Position numbers and translations under genes: made by a program. A stretch of DNA of 63,821 nucleotides, filler included, from Folioceros fuciformis (taxonomy: Eukaryota), in assembly GCA_049999805.1 (NCBI GenBank). It is 4 parts of 3 records of this genome, joined end to end, with 100 filler letters (N's around TTAATTAATTAA, not from the genome) between each part and the next. Parts side by side here need not be neighbours in the genome. Positions count along the whole stretch, not along the records: positions 1 to 26,386 come from JBNGIO010006136.1; positions 26,487 to 55,470 come from JBNGIO010006136.1; 2 more parts are not named here. One strand, written 5' to 3'. How positions within the stretch are numbered: the first letter of the stretch is position 1; every line of letters begins with the position of its first letter. Positions 23,986 through 35,896 of this stretch are shown one piece after another. The notes under the pieces are model-generated. The model made no database searches. It worked only from the letters and a program-made list of their open reading frames with translations, and was not told the DNA's origin.

Positions 23986-26111
23986 TGTTAGGTTTAATTA
24001 GTGATCAATCGTATTTAACCTACTTAGGTTAAATTATATTCAAGGGTCATACCCTTAGGGTTGCCCATACATATTAACAAAGTTTTGTCTTTTTTTTAAA
24101 CACTTGAGATATACACATATATAGTATTGTACACAAAAGTCTCTGCCTCTTGGCTCTCTTGCATATTTTATGCTAAATGACTATCTTGTGATAGTTTACA
24201 TGGTATCAAAGCCTAATCCCTCTGTGCCATTCGATGCAACCACTACACCCTGCACTTGGTCTGCTAAGATTAGCAAACATGCTGCTGCACAGAAATACGA
24301 GAAGCATACATTAGCAATCCATGAGAAGGCAGCCAAATTGCTGAGAAAAATGAATATACTAAGTTCTCACTTCTTGTCTGGGAGATGAAACAGCAACAGG
24401 CACAATGCCTCGAAAGTCTACAAACAGGAGATGTGGCCCCCAACCTAACCACCTGTTTGGACAGAGATAAGATGTGAGAAGAAATTCAGCACATGCTGAA
24501 TATTCAAAATTTGATTAGCAAAGAGGGAGACAAACCTCACATTGCTGCGAAAGGAGAAGGAATACACCTCCACCTTGCCCACACCCAATTCGTCAAGTAG
24601 CATATCCAACTGCACCACAAGCAAGACGATCATCAGAAGTGGTTCTAACCAACGTGGTTTACAGACAATTAGTTGTGCTAAGGCAATAGCGCAATGGCAT
24701 AGCCATTGCTCTACTAATTGGAGGCTTGGATGCTGACCTTGTACCAGAAGTCGAATTCCTGAAAAACGCTTATGAGATATGAAAAAAAAAAAAAAAAAAA
24801 AAAAAAAAAACGGCAGTGTTAACCCTGTGTGCAGTGAAACACGAATTCTATAATCTAAAGATGAGAGAGGGAGAAAAGGTATCGAACTTCACAAGCAAGT
24901 TTCGACATCTAAAAGCTTAAATTGCATCACTCATTGGAACCAAGATGGGTGAAGTGGATGTTGTTGCTGAGCTCCTCATTAGACTACCACCTTCGTACCA
25001 GTCATTTATTACTAGCCAGAATGGCCCTATGCGGACTACACATGATGCTGCTGCTTCTAGAAGTGTAAGCACCATCACCCTTGAAGAGGTCATCGATGCC
25101 TTGTACCAGGAAGAGCACAGCAGAATGTTTTCGATGGGAGCTCCTAAGAGCTGAACAGAGAAGGCATTAGCAACAAATCATAGGACATTCAAAGGAAAAG
25201 GCAAGGCAGGAGGTAAACCTGTGCAAACTTCTGATTTCTCTAGCCCATCTAAACGACCTGGAATTGCAACTGGTGTGGCATAGCCGTTCATTGGGCTCGA
25301 GAATGCAAGAAGAAGAAGGTAGGAGAACCTCGAAGAACTCCTAAGAATACTGCAACTGTTGCGATTAAGGAGAAGAACATCGGTGACACCAAACCAACGG
25401 TGAAGATACTTACAGTCTGCCTCGCTAGATCCATAAGTGATGAGGGTGGCTGGTATTTAGACTTTGGTGCCACGTCACACATCTACAAAAACAAGGATCA
25501 GTTCTATATGCTGAAAGCTGATCACACAGCGAAAAGAGTTCTGCTGGGAGATGAAAGGAACCATTCCAGTCTTCCTATTCTAGGCTGTGGGACATGCAAG
25601 TTCACTTGATATCTGTACCCTTCATCATAAGGCAAGCTTAGTCTCCAAACATTCCCAACGCCTTGCTATCCTATGGCATGTCAGGCTTGGTCATGTTAAT
25701 AAACAAAAACTAGTAGACATGTCTCTACAAGAGTGTCATTTAGAACCCTTACCTCAAGCCTTTAAGGACCTGCCGTCTTGTGAAGCCTGCATTGTTGCAA
25801 ACAGAAGGCTCATCCTTTTCCAGTCGCAGCATCCTACAGAGCCACAAATGTGTTAGAACTAGTGCATGCAGACATCTCTAGAAAAATGCAAATCCCATCT
25901 CTGGGAATTCCATATATTACCTACGCATCACAAATGATTACTCTCGCTACACTTGGACATATCCAATGCAACTGAAGAGTGACACCTTCGATCTTTTTCG
26001 AGAATGGCTGCTGATGGCTGAAAAACAGATAGGACATTTCGTTAAATATATCTGGACTGACAATGGAACAGAATTCCTGAACCACGCTTTTGATACATTC
26101 CTCCAAGAGAG
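23986..26111 (+). mobile_element. Degenerate Ty1/copia LTR retrotransposon (5' LTR, PBS, gag, protease, part of integrase)
   Basis: Putative LTR TGTTAGG(23986)...TTTACA(24200), then PBS TGGTATCAAAGC (tRNA-iMet type, 24201-24212). Fragments: LPPSYQSFIT, zinc knuckle CNWCG..HWAREC, WYLDFGATSH, LWHVRLGHVN, CEACI, LVHADI, WTDNGTEF. Many stops and frameshifts. Confidence 0.9.
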
Positions 26112-26386
26112 TGTAGGGTTATTAAAGCCCAATGTGCTTAGACTAATGTGTTTAGTCTAATATTAGTGTCTAGTTAAGTACCATTAGTTTATATTAGCTT
26201 AAGCTAATCTGTAGGAAGCATCCTGTGCGCTTCTTGTGAAGCTTCCTAGGGAGCTCTTCTAGAGGGTATAAATACCCCCTTGAGCTCCCTTGCATATAGA
26301 GACTCTGTGTGAGAGTGTGACCTCTCTTTTCTCCTCTCATCCTTGCCTCCTCCTCTTCTCTCCTTCACCATGCAGCTCCTCTAGCG
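26112..26386 (+). mobile_element. Second LTR inserted into the copia integrase (truncated by contig end)
   Basis: The integrase frame (DTFLQES) breaks abruptly at TGTAGGG. The insert contains GGGTATAAATACCCC (TATA) followed by a CT-rich R region. Confidence 0.7.
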
Positions 26387-26486
26387 NNNNNNNNNNNNNN
26401 NNNNNNNNNNNNNNNNNNNNNNNNNNNNNNTTAATTAATTAANNNNNNNNNNNNNNNNNNNNNNNNNNNNNNNNNNNNNNNNNNNN
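26387..26486. other. Artificial contig linker N44-TTAATTAATTAA-N44
   Basis: Identical 100-nt structure at three places; the 12-mer has stops in all six frames. Confidence 0.97.
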
Positions 26487-27693
26487 ATTAAGGGAGCATT
26501 CTCTTGAGTGCATCCTCTTGGAAGTGCATTCTCTTGTTAGAAATCCGGTTGAGGTGTGCGTGTGCGTAGCGTGCAAGATCATGTGACTCGATCGAGGATT
26601 TAAGAAGCCAAGTTACAGCTTTGAGAAGTGTGGATGCATGTGGAGGAGATTTTGTGTTGTCTAAAGGAAGCAAACGCAGCCTATCACTTTTTAAGCTCTC
26701 TAAACATTTCAACTTGTGCCTTACTAACATTTGCTTTCATTGTATTCTCTTTCAACTTGATGTTGGTAGACTCCTTGAAATACAATTTGCATATATGTTG
26801 TATAAACAAAAAAACTTCTGTTCCTTGTTTTCCTTATCATGTCCATTCGTAGAAGTTGTCATATTAATGACATATGCCTCATGTTCATCATCTTGTAATT
26901 GCAACATGAGTAAGTGGAATTGTTGCCAAATTTATTCTATTCCCTCTTCACCAACCAGGTCAATAATAAAACTCTTTTGTCCACAAATCCATGCCTCCTT
27001 CTAGCAGGTACATAGTCTTTGTCCCCAAAACAACATCAAAATTTCCAGATTTAACCACCAAACACTTTACCTCAATCGTTGTTTCCTCTTTTGTCGTATG
27101 TTTGAAACATAACTGTAACTTCCTTTTCATTTCTCCCAGGACATATGTTGTACCAAATTGGGTTGTGCTCCCGAATTAATCAACACCCTTTTCGGTGCAA
27201 AATCATTTATAAAAAACCCACATTTACTGTTATCCAAAAACGCAATTCCTAGCTAAACTTTAGATCGATCTTCATAATTTGGCTACTTGCTTTCAACATT
27301 ATTATTTGCTACTTGAGAAGAACTTATATCTTACAAAAGTTCTCAAATTTTTATTTCCCTTACTCCTACCTTTACACATAGCTCTAGCTTACTCCTAATA
27401 CAGAAGATCAGATCAGCTTACAAAGCTCGTACATTTCTACTTCCATGTTCATCCTCAAGCCTCATTACTTTGCTTCTCACCTTCCAATGAAAATTGTTCA
27501 AATCCACATTCATAACTTCAAATGACTCTAGATACTTCCATCCAAACAAATATCTTCTCCCATGGTCCCTACGACTATCCTCTGATCTAATATTGTATTT
27601 CGGTTGAACAGCATCTCTATCCTCTCCATCCTTTAGGTCTACTTCATGCACAATCGTTTCAACTGAAACTCTCTATAAGATTCTACATATCCT

Positions 27694-27908
27694 ATTTTTC
27701 TTTCTTCTTTTCCATCATTTTAACCTCTTTAATTTTAACTCCACTATTTTCTATTTCTTCTTTTTCCATCGTTTTAATCTGTTTAATTTTGACTCTACTA
27801 TTTTCTATTTCTTCTTTTTCCATCGTTTTAATCTCTTTAATTTTGACTCTACTATTTTCTATTTCTTCTTTTCCATTGTTTCAACCTATTTAATTTTAAC
27901 TCTACTAT
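27694..27908. repeat. ~54-bp tandem repeat x4
   Basis: Unit ACTCTACTATTTTCTATTTCTTCTTTTTCCATCGTTTTAATCTCTTTAATTTTG, with starts at ~27738, 27792, 27846 and 27899. Confidence 0.9.
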
Positions 27909-30900
27909 GACACTTGCTATCTTCAATTTCTTTATTTTTACTTTCAGGTATGATATATGCAGTTCCAATGCTTTGTGGGACTTCTTAACTCCATTATCAC
28001 CATTCATCTTATCTGCACCTAATCCCACAAAATGGTTACCCCTAGCTCTATGCACCTTTCTAACAATCTTAACACTTTGCTCTTTATGACCAAACTTGGT
28101 AGGTTTACATAGCGGATGCTTTTGCCAATATACTCTCTCCAAATACCCTTCTTATCACGATGTTTACAAGTTACATCCCTTTTAATCATACACTCCATCA
28201 TCACATGCGTATTACTTCTAAATCTAAAGCACTTTATCTCTTTATTTGTTTCCGCGTTCATAACATGTTTCATGTGTGAGTTATCCATTTTTGAGATATT
28301 TGCCTGTTATTGCTAACCTAGCCTCCACTCAGGTAAATAATTATGTCGTGGTTTCATAGTAGTATAAAATGTCTCTTTTTCATTCTGTTCAAACTTTTTC
28401 TACCCATTGCCTTCAACAACACTCTAGCATGTTTATGCTCCTATGTAATTGGAAAAACCTGATTCAACGTGGATGTTTTTCATAGAATGTTATCAATTCT
28501 CAAAAAACATCCTCTTTTTTATGTCCTCATCCAAATTACATATGTATTTAAAACATGCTTTTCCAAAAGACATCCTCTTTTTATATCCTCATCTAGATTA
28601 CAAATGTATTGAAAAACATACTTTCATCTCATTATGCATCCCAATATTTATCACAAGTTGACTTGTTCGATTGTAAAACATAAGTGCAGTTTCATCACGT
28701 TTTCTTCTCAAATTTGTCAATTCTTCTATCTTAATATCATTATCTATTGGAAACCTCATTTCTAAGCCATTGAAAATTTTCTTTACAGGTCCCACATGCT
28801 TATTGCTCATCACCAGATCCATAAAACTTGTAAGTAAAACTTGTAGAACGACAATGTTGGCAGGAGAGGCGGCATCAATAACCCTAGTGTTAGGCAGACC
28901 CTTTCTGCTCCTAGAGCATGATGGTTTAGGTGCTATTAGTAGTCATTAGGCTTGAAGGGGTCAGCCCTTAGTGTTCCTATCATGGTTTATCTCCCTCTTT
29001 AGTGGTAGATGGTTTTTCCATCTTGCTCTTCTCAAATAAATACATTATTATTAAACTTTTTGCCATCACCGCACAAAAGATTTCTCAACAAAGTAAATTC
29101 ATACATAGGATCTAGTTCTAAATTCTCTCTACCACATTCCTACAACTTGAGCGTTTAGAACATGCACTTTAGCTGATTAATTGAAACCAAAGACGTTGGA
29201 CGCTCATAATACTTTTCACTTTTTGCAGGCAACATAACTCTTCCTCTGCCTTTCTTATCCACCACAAAAGTTCTTTCAATCAATAAGCTTAACATTTGAT
29301 TATTATGTCTATTCATTAGATTCAACCCTAGATTTCTATTCTTCAACGACAAGTGTTTTTCAGTAGATTTTATGGTTCCATTTTGCACTTCCATCACAAG
29401 TTCTCTATCCCTAATAACGATTCCTCTCCCCATGCACATATGATAATTGCAACCTTTTGTCTCCTGCTTCTACCCTCTAACATCTCTTACACCTCTTGCT
29501 AAGATCTTGCTTAATCTCCAAATCTTGAACTCCCTCCCTCTCACCTTTATCTGACGCATCCACCATTTGGGAAATTCCTTCCTCACTTTCTGATTCATTG
29601 CTTAATACATGTGTCCTCCCCAACTTTTTGCCATTCTCCTCTCTTCTAATTGACCCTAGGCATTCTACCCCTCACCCTAGTTCTTCTTCCTCTTTCTCGA
29701 CTCATAGACTTCATCAAAAAGCATCTCAACTTCCACTCTATCATCTCCATTGCTAGACTTTGCCATTTGACAAGTTTGTCTTGCACTAGCTCTAGTCAAC
29801 TCAGACATTGTTAATTGTAGGTCTTCTCATTTCAACAACTTTTATTATCTCCTATAACAATTGATTAAAATTAAAACTTGAAAACTTTCTAATATGGTTC
29901 TCTTCTTACATTGGCTTGTATCCAAGCTACAAAGGGTGCAAGGTGGTAAACACTAGCTTTAAAATTTAATGTCTTAAGCAATTCCACACTAAGTTCTCTT
30001 CTCTTCTTTTTCTTCTCAAACGTTCTACCAAACTTTTTATATCTTGAAAATGTTTACCAAGCACTACTAAGTCTTCAGCCTCTAGCTGACTTCATTTGTG
30101 AAGTTTGGAGCCTCCTAGTATAAGATGACGTAAGCTGTCTTGTTGTTTCTCTTTTCCACAATTGCCTTTTACAAGCTCCTAACTTTTATCTTCTCGATAT
30201 TAAATATCACACTCCCACTTTGGAAAACATTTTCCTTGTTTTCAATTGATGGCTTTTCTTTCATTTATAATCACCTCTACTATATTCTCTTATGTTTGGC
30301 AACAACTCTTAGCGGGAATGTGTTGTTCTGCAAAACTTCTCACACACTATTTAAGCCCAAATTATTCAAACAACTCTTACTCATAAACTTTCACTTTGTG
30401 TACAAAACATATACCACAAGTGGAACTTTGGTTGCACTCAACTTCAAAATTTGCTTCTATGTTGCTCTCTCTTCCTTGCTATTGGTCTATCCAGATCCTA
30501 AGCCATCTATGACAGGCCTGACTTCAGATACAAGTCCTTATGAGTTTACTCTACTAGACCTTCTAATTGGCACGTTCCTAGTTATTGTCTCTTCACTAAC
30601 CTTCCATTTGGTGAAACCTCTTTTGATATGTTCTTCCATTTCGAGCCTGGTAATATGTACTCTTTACCATGAAAGCTTCTTAGGTGAATCTTTTTTGTGA
30701 TAGTCCTCCAATTTTTCTGGCTCCTCCTCGAACTTGCGCCTGTTTTCTTGACCAACACCAATCTTTGCTTGTTGTCGCTGCTCTTACCACCCCTCTCCGC
30801 ATAGCAAACCTGCAGAAATAATTTGGTGAAACTAATTTCTCTTCTCAACCTCGCTTCTCACAACTTTGTGAGAATTGTAGAAATCTTACTCCGTTTTCCA

Positions 30901-31006
30901 CTTCCCTCCCAAGAACTCCTAAAGCTGATTGAAGCTCTTCCCTGGAAAACTTATGCACTTTAAGGCTCCACCTGAGCTCGGACTGTGCCAAGTTGTCACT
31001 TCTCAA

Positions 31007-31093
31007 TCCCTCTTCTACATAGTTAGCATCGGATCCCTCACTGCCCTCTTCTACATAGCTAATAGCATCGGATCCCTCACTGCCCTCTTCTTC
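31007..31093. repeat. Short direct duplication (~36-39 bp)
   Basis: CCCTCTTCTACATAG...TAGCATCGGATCCCTCACTGCCCTCTTC occurs twice. Confidence 0.8.
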
Positions 31094-31376
31094 TTCTTCT
31101 ACCTCTCCCGCTTTTCTGAATTGGCCTTCTCTCTCTTCCGCACTTGGTTCCGACTGCTCTTGGGCTGGCGGTTGTATAACGGTGACGGGTCGGGTTTTCT
31201 GGGTTAGTGAAAATGTATGTTTTCACGTACAATTTCTGCACAGTAGCTCTTCTTAGGAATGCGTCAAGCCAGGAGCGTAGCATCTGTTGCTGGCATTGCC
31301 AGCCATGGCTGTTTGGGGCGTTGCAATGGAGTCACGCGGACAAGACACATAGTGACCACAGTTCCTGGACTGTGAA

Positions 31377-34300
31377 ATGCGGTTGTCCAATGGCTTCTGT
31401 GGGGCGAGCTTCCGCTCCCCTGACTTCGTTCCAGTGCCGGGTACTGACGAACAAGGAAGGCGTCAGGTGCAATTTTGCAAGAACGGGGAAACAAGGCGCT
31501 CGTTTGGATTTCGGGAATCTCAGGAGGTTTTGTGTGTGAACTTGTCGACGAGGGTGGATGCTGTTCTGGAACTCCAGGTGGATCGTCGTGCTTTCGAATG
31601 CAAGGGGAGCTTGCCGGATGATGCTGACCCTCACGGGCCTGCAGGGTGTGGAAGGGGCGTAACGGATGAAACAGTTATCAGGCTATGTCATCAGGACCGT
31701 CTGTATGATGCTCTTGAGGCGTTGGGAATTCTTGTGCTGACGGACTGTTCTGGTGTTTCAAGGCCTGTCTTTTATACTGTTCTGAAGCAGTGTGCAGCCA
31801 AGAAGGATCTTGTTCTGGGTCGCCGCGTCCATGCTTTCACGGTGAGAAGCGGGTACCAGTCGGACACGTTCTTGTGCAACCACATCTTGCGAATGTATGC
31901 TTCCAATGGCGGGTTGCAGGAGGCCATGGATGTGTTCACCGGGGTGGCCCAACCAGATGCTTTCATTTGGTCTTCTATAATTTCGGCCCACGTCAAGCAC
32001 GAGCAGGACAAGCAGGCCATACAACTGTACCGGCAGATGCGCAGGTCACGTGTGAAGCCAGATGGGCATGTGTTTGTGGCCGCCCTTCAGGCTTGTGCAA
32101 TGGGAGCAGATTTGAAAACTGGGCAGGAGCTGCATGCTGATGTGCTGGCCAGCGGCGTGGAGCCTGATTTATTTGTATCTAGTAGCCTGGTGGACATGTA
32201 TGCAAAGTGTGGCAGCTTGGAAGACGCTCAACGAGTGTTTGACGCTCTTGTTCATAAGAATGTGGTAACGTGGAATGCTCTGCTAGCAGGGTATTCCCAG
32301 CAGGGCATGGGACAAGAAGCACTTCGGCTCCACGGTGCCATGCAAGAAGAAGGCAATGTCGTACCTGATTCCCTGACTTTTGCATGCATTCTGCGGGCAT
32401 GTGCAATTGTGGGTCCCCCAGCGTTGGTGAAGGGGAAAGAGCTTCACGCACAAATCAGAAAACTCGGATATCAAACTGATGTGGTTGTAGCCAGCAGTTT
32501 GTTGAACATGTATGCGAAGTGTGGCAGCTTGGAAGATGCTCAGAAACTGTTTGACGGACTTGGCCAGAAGGATGCGGTAACATGGACTGCCCTAATCGCA
32601 GGATATTCTCACCATGGCATGGGCCAGGAATCCCTTCGTCTATACAATGCCATGCAAGAAGGCAAGGCCATGCCCGACTCTGTGACTTTTGTGTGCCTCC
32701 TGCAGGCGTGTGCAAGTGTTGGCAACCCAGCTTTGCAGGACGGAATTCGTCTTCACACGCAAATTAGAGAACAAGGACATGAAGCCGACGCATTTGTGGC
32801 CAGCAGTCTGGTAAATATGTATGCCAAGTGTGGCAGTTTGGAAGATGCTCAGAGACTGTTTGACGGACTTAGTCAAAAAGAGGTGGTAACCTGGAATGCT
32901 ATGATGGCTGGGTACTCTCAGCAGGGCAACGGGCAGCAAGCCCTCCATCTCTACAGTGCTATGCAAGAAGAAGGCAGCACTATTCCCAATCCTGTTACCT
33001 TTGTGTGCCTGTTGCAGGCATGCGCCCACATGGGCACCCCAGCCTTGGAGGAGGGTAGGCAGCTTCATGCACAGATCAGAGAACAAGGACACCAAGCTGA
33101 TGTGTTTGTAGGCAACAGTTTGGTGAACATGTATGCAAAGTGTGGCAGCTTGGAGGATGCTCAGAGAGTGTTTGATGGGCTTGGTCAAAAGGATGTAGTG
33201 TCGTGGACTGCTCTAATTGCAGGATACTCCAATCAGGGACTGGGCCAGGAAGCTCTTGATGTGTACAGTGCTATGCAAGATGAAGGCATCGTTATACCTG
33301 ATTCTGTGACATTTCTGTGCCTTCTGCAGGCATGTGCTACTGTAGGCACCCTAGCTTTGGGAACAGGGAAGCAGCTTCATGCGCAAATTCGACAGCGCGG
33401 ACATCGAACCGATGTATTTCTAGCCAACAGTTTGGTGTACATGTATGCAACTTGTGGTAGCTTAGAGGATGCTCGTAGAGTATTTGATGGTCTTGCACAC
33501 AAAGATGTGGTCACGTGGAATGCTATGATAGCAGGATATTCCCAGCAGGGCATGGACCAGGAAGCGCTCTCTCTCTACAGCGCTATGAAAAACGATGGCA
33601 TCGCTGTACCCAGTGCTGTAACATTTGTTTGCCTCCTGCAGGCATGTTCAAATGCGGCAGCTTTGCATGTGGGAAGGCAGCTACATGCCCAGATTGACGA
33701 ACAGGGACTTCAAGCTGATGTGATAATAGCTGGCAGTTTGATACATATGTATGCAAAATCTGGTAGCATGGTTGATGCACGGCAGGTGTTTGAGGGATTG
33801 CCCGCAAGAAATATTGTCGCCTGGAATGCGTTGATTGCAGGATATAGCCATCAAGGAGACAGCAGTAAGGTTTTCGACTTGGTTATCAAAATGAGAGAGA
33901 ATGACATCCAGCCTAATGGCATTACGCTCCTTTATGTACTAATAGCATGTAGCCATGCGGGTCTGGTTAGCGAGGGGCGACGTTACTTCGAGGATATGAG
34001 CAAGCACTGTGGGATAATCCCCACAGTGGAGCATTACACATGCATGGTAGATCTCCTGGGCCGTGCGGGCCGAGTGGATGAGGCAGTTGCTCTGATAAGG
34101 ACGATGCCTGTGGTGGCTGATGTTGCAATCTGGCATAATCTGTTGGGTGCCTGCCAAAAATGGAGCAATGTGGAGTCCGGACGCCATGCTTTTGACCAAG
34201 CAGTTAAGCTGGACCAGAAAGATGCAGCAGCATATGTATTGATGTGGAACATTTACAATGATGCTGAAATGTGGGAACTGGCAAACGAGGTGCAAGCGAG

Positions 34301-34436
34301 GAGGAAACGAAGCAGGGCATGGAAGCAGCCGGGTCAGAGCTACTGGACAGACCTGGACGGACTAGTGCACAGTTTTTTGGTCGGGCGTAACGGATCGACC
34401 AGAAAGAGTGGAAGAAGATACTCAGAAATGAACTGA
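31377..34436 (+). CDS. PLS-class PPR protein with E1/E2 and PG box, no DYW domain (organellar RNA-editing factor type), 1019 aa, single exon
   Basis: Repeated P (VTWNALLAGYSQQG), L (DSVTFVCLLQAC) and S (SSLVNMYAKCGSLEDA) motifs, P2-L2-S2 (ACSHAGLVSEG, HYTCMVDLLGRAG), E motifs, then WKQPGQSYWTDLDGLVHSFLVG and a stop. Confidence 0.95.
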   Translation: MRLSNGFCGASFRSPDFVPVPGTDEQGRRQVQFCKNGETRRSFGFRESQEVLCVNLSTRVDAVLELQVDRRAFECKGSLPDDADPHGPAGCGRGVTDETVIRLCHQDRLYDALEALGILVLTDCSGVSRPVFYTVLKQCAAKKDLVLGRRVHAFTVRSGYQSDTFLCNHILRMYASNGGLQEAMDVFTGVAQPDAFIWSSIISAHVKHEQDKQAIQLYRQMRRSRVKPDGHVFVAALQACAMGADLKTGQELHADVLASGVEPDLFVSSSLVDMYAKCGSLEDAQRVFDALVHKNVVTWNALLAGYSQQGMGQEALRLHGAMQEEGNVVPDSLTFACILRACAIVGPPALVKGKELHAQIRKLGYQTDVVVASSLLNMYAKCGSLEDAQKLFDGLGQKDAVTWTALIAGYSHHGMGQESLRLYNAMQEGKAMPDSVTFVCLLQACASVGNPALQDGIRLHTQIREQGHEADAFVASSLVNMYAKCGSLEDAQRLFDGLSQKEVVTWNAMMAGYSQQGNGQQALHLYSAMQEEGSTIPNPVTFVCLLQACAHMGTPALEEGRQLHAQIREQGHQADVFVGNSLVNMYAKCGSLEDAQRVFDGLGQKDVVSWTALIAGYSNQGLGQEALDVYSAMQDEGIVIPDSVTFLCLLQACATVGTLALGTGKQLHAQIRQRGHRTDVFLANSLVYMYATCGSLEDARRVFDGLAHKDVVTWNAMIAGYSQQGMDQEALSLYSAMKNDGIAVPSAVTFVCLLQACSNAAALHVGRQLHAQIDEQGLQADVIIAGSLIHMYAKSGSMVDARQVFEGLPARNIVAWNALIAGYSHQGDSSKVFDLVIKMRENDIQPNGITLLYVLIACSHAGLVSEGRRYFEDMSKHCGIIPTVEHYTCMVDLLGRAGRVDEAVALIRTMPVVADVAIWHNLLGACQKWSNVESGRHAFDQAVKLDQKDAAAYVLMWNIYNDAEMWELANEVQARRKRSRAWKQPGQSYWTDLDGLVHSFLVGRNGSTRKSGRRYSEMN

Positions 34437-35896
34437 TCTGGCGTGGTCTCACACGGCGCCTGTCTTGCTTGTGGTATTCCTATGCTTGACGAACGCGACG
34501 GGGCCAACCAAGTAATCGGATTTACGTTCAGAGAACCGGTGTATAGTCGTACAAGTGACCTCTGACATAAGCTACAGCCGTATCCGACACCTATTCTCAT
34601 CAGGCACAGTGTTGTGCACGACATCGCAGTTTGTTCCTTAATTGATTCGTAACTGTTCTACCTCCATTCACCTCAATGTTGACCTTCGTGCCCATAAAGT
34701 TCATCAGACCAGCTCGTTGGAAAAGAAGAGTTCTTTTGAAGTCATTATTTGCCTTATGCAAGAAACCACTTCCCCCCCGTCAAAGCCAGCCGCCAAGACA
34801 GGAACCCCGTCCACAGCGGGCATACAAAGTCACAGCAGTCGTTAAAAAAGTGCCTTCGTCCTCCGTAGGGACTCCTGGACCCCCGCCCTCTTGCGGGTAC
34901 CTTGATATCATGGCACTCCGCGTCAGTATCTTTCTGAGGCATACTCCCAAATACTCTTCTCACCAAGTCCAAGCTCCCGCGCGTTGCATACTTCGTCCAT
35001 CCAGCAGCTACTGACGAACGGCTTGGACTCTGAAGACACATGCACCTGCTGCCAAGGTTCAGCTATACTCCCATTCAGCAAGCTTTCAGGGCCGCCACAA
35101 ACAAGGAGCTATCGGTCTCCACAGTTTACCTGCACACTCGATGATCCAGACCTCTTAAGAGCTTCCAGCCTTATGAAACTTCTGGATGGTTTTCTACAAT
35201 CATGGCAAACCACGTCCCCACATTTTTCTCAGGAATTCGTCTAACGGCCCCCGAGCGCGTAGTACGCTGCCATACTTAGCGCACACGTATACCAGATATT
35301 TGCTACAAGCCCTTGTTGTCAGGTCTGTGCGAAAAGTTGAGTTCCCTTCGCCAGTGCGGCTGCCTTGACTGGGAGTCCAGATTCCGGGGAACTGCTTCCA
35401 ACGGGTCGTCCCACAACATGTCGTGACGGCGTCATCCTCCAGTCCCCCAATCTGTGGCTGTCCCGAGGCACAATATTTTAGACAGCTCTCGCTCATTTTC
35501 ACTAGGAGAAACCAGCGGTTGCCAAAAATCCACAACAACCGTTCTCCCTAGTTCTGGCAAGAGTTGTACGACGAGGCCTATTGGCTCAGCCTTTGTACGC
35601 AGCCACATGCGAACTTGGGCAGATGCAAGTAACCTGTTCGTCAAACTCGCATTGCAGCTTGCGTCATGAACCTGACCCTTGTATGCCATATGGAAGAGCT
35701 GGTTATCATGGCCAACTCAGTTGCAACATTGTGGCCAAGACAGGTACCCAAGGTCCCCGCCCCTTCCCCGTCTCCGGACCACTGTGTCTACTGGCACCCG
35801 GAAGCTCCTGCCACGTTTTGTCGTGGATGCAGGCAGTCACAACAAAAAACATGCTTCCGCCGTGAACATCTTCACAGAAGAAGTGGCTTCTTGACG

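Larger units (their letters stand above)
26710..31150 (-). mobile_element. Highly degenerate LINE (L1-like) remnant
   Basis: AT-rich with strong strand skew. Minus-strand fragments: QETK (APE endonuclease-like, ~29460), HISYLKVKI followed by IVELKLNRLKQWKRR (resembling the L1 post-RT YLG...KI..RL..WK segment), and basic ORF1-like pieces at 30000-30900. Boundaries are approximate. Confidence 0.5.

Noticed and set aside
26431-26442. Palindromic TTAATTAATTAA repeated three times in the window
   Set aside because: It is always centred in N44 flanks, so it is an artificial six-frame-stop linker. Cross-gap neighbourhoods are not real.
30140-30700. 186-aa hydrophobic + strand ORF
   Set aside because: Antisense shadow of the A-rich LINE strand; the hydrophobicity reflects T-richness.
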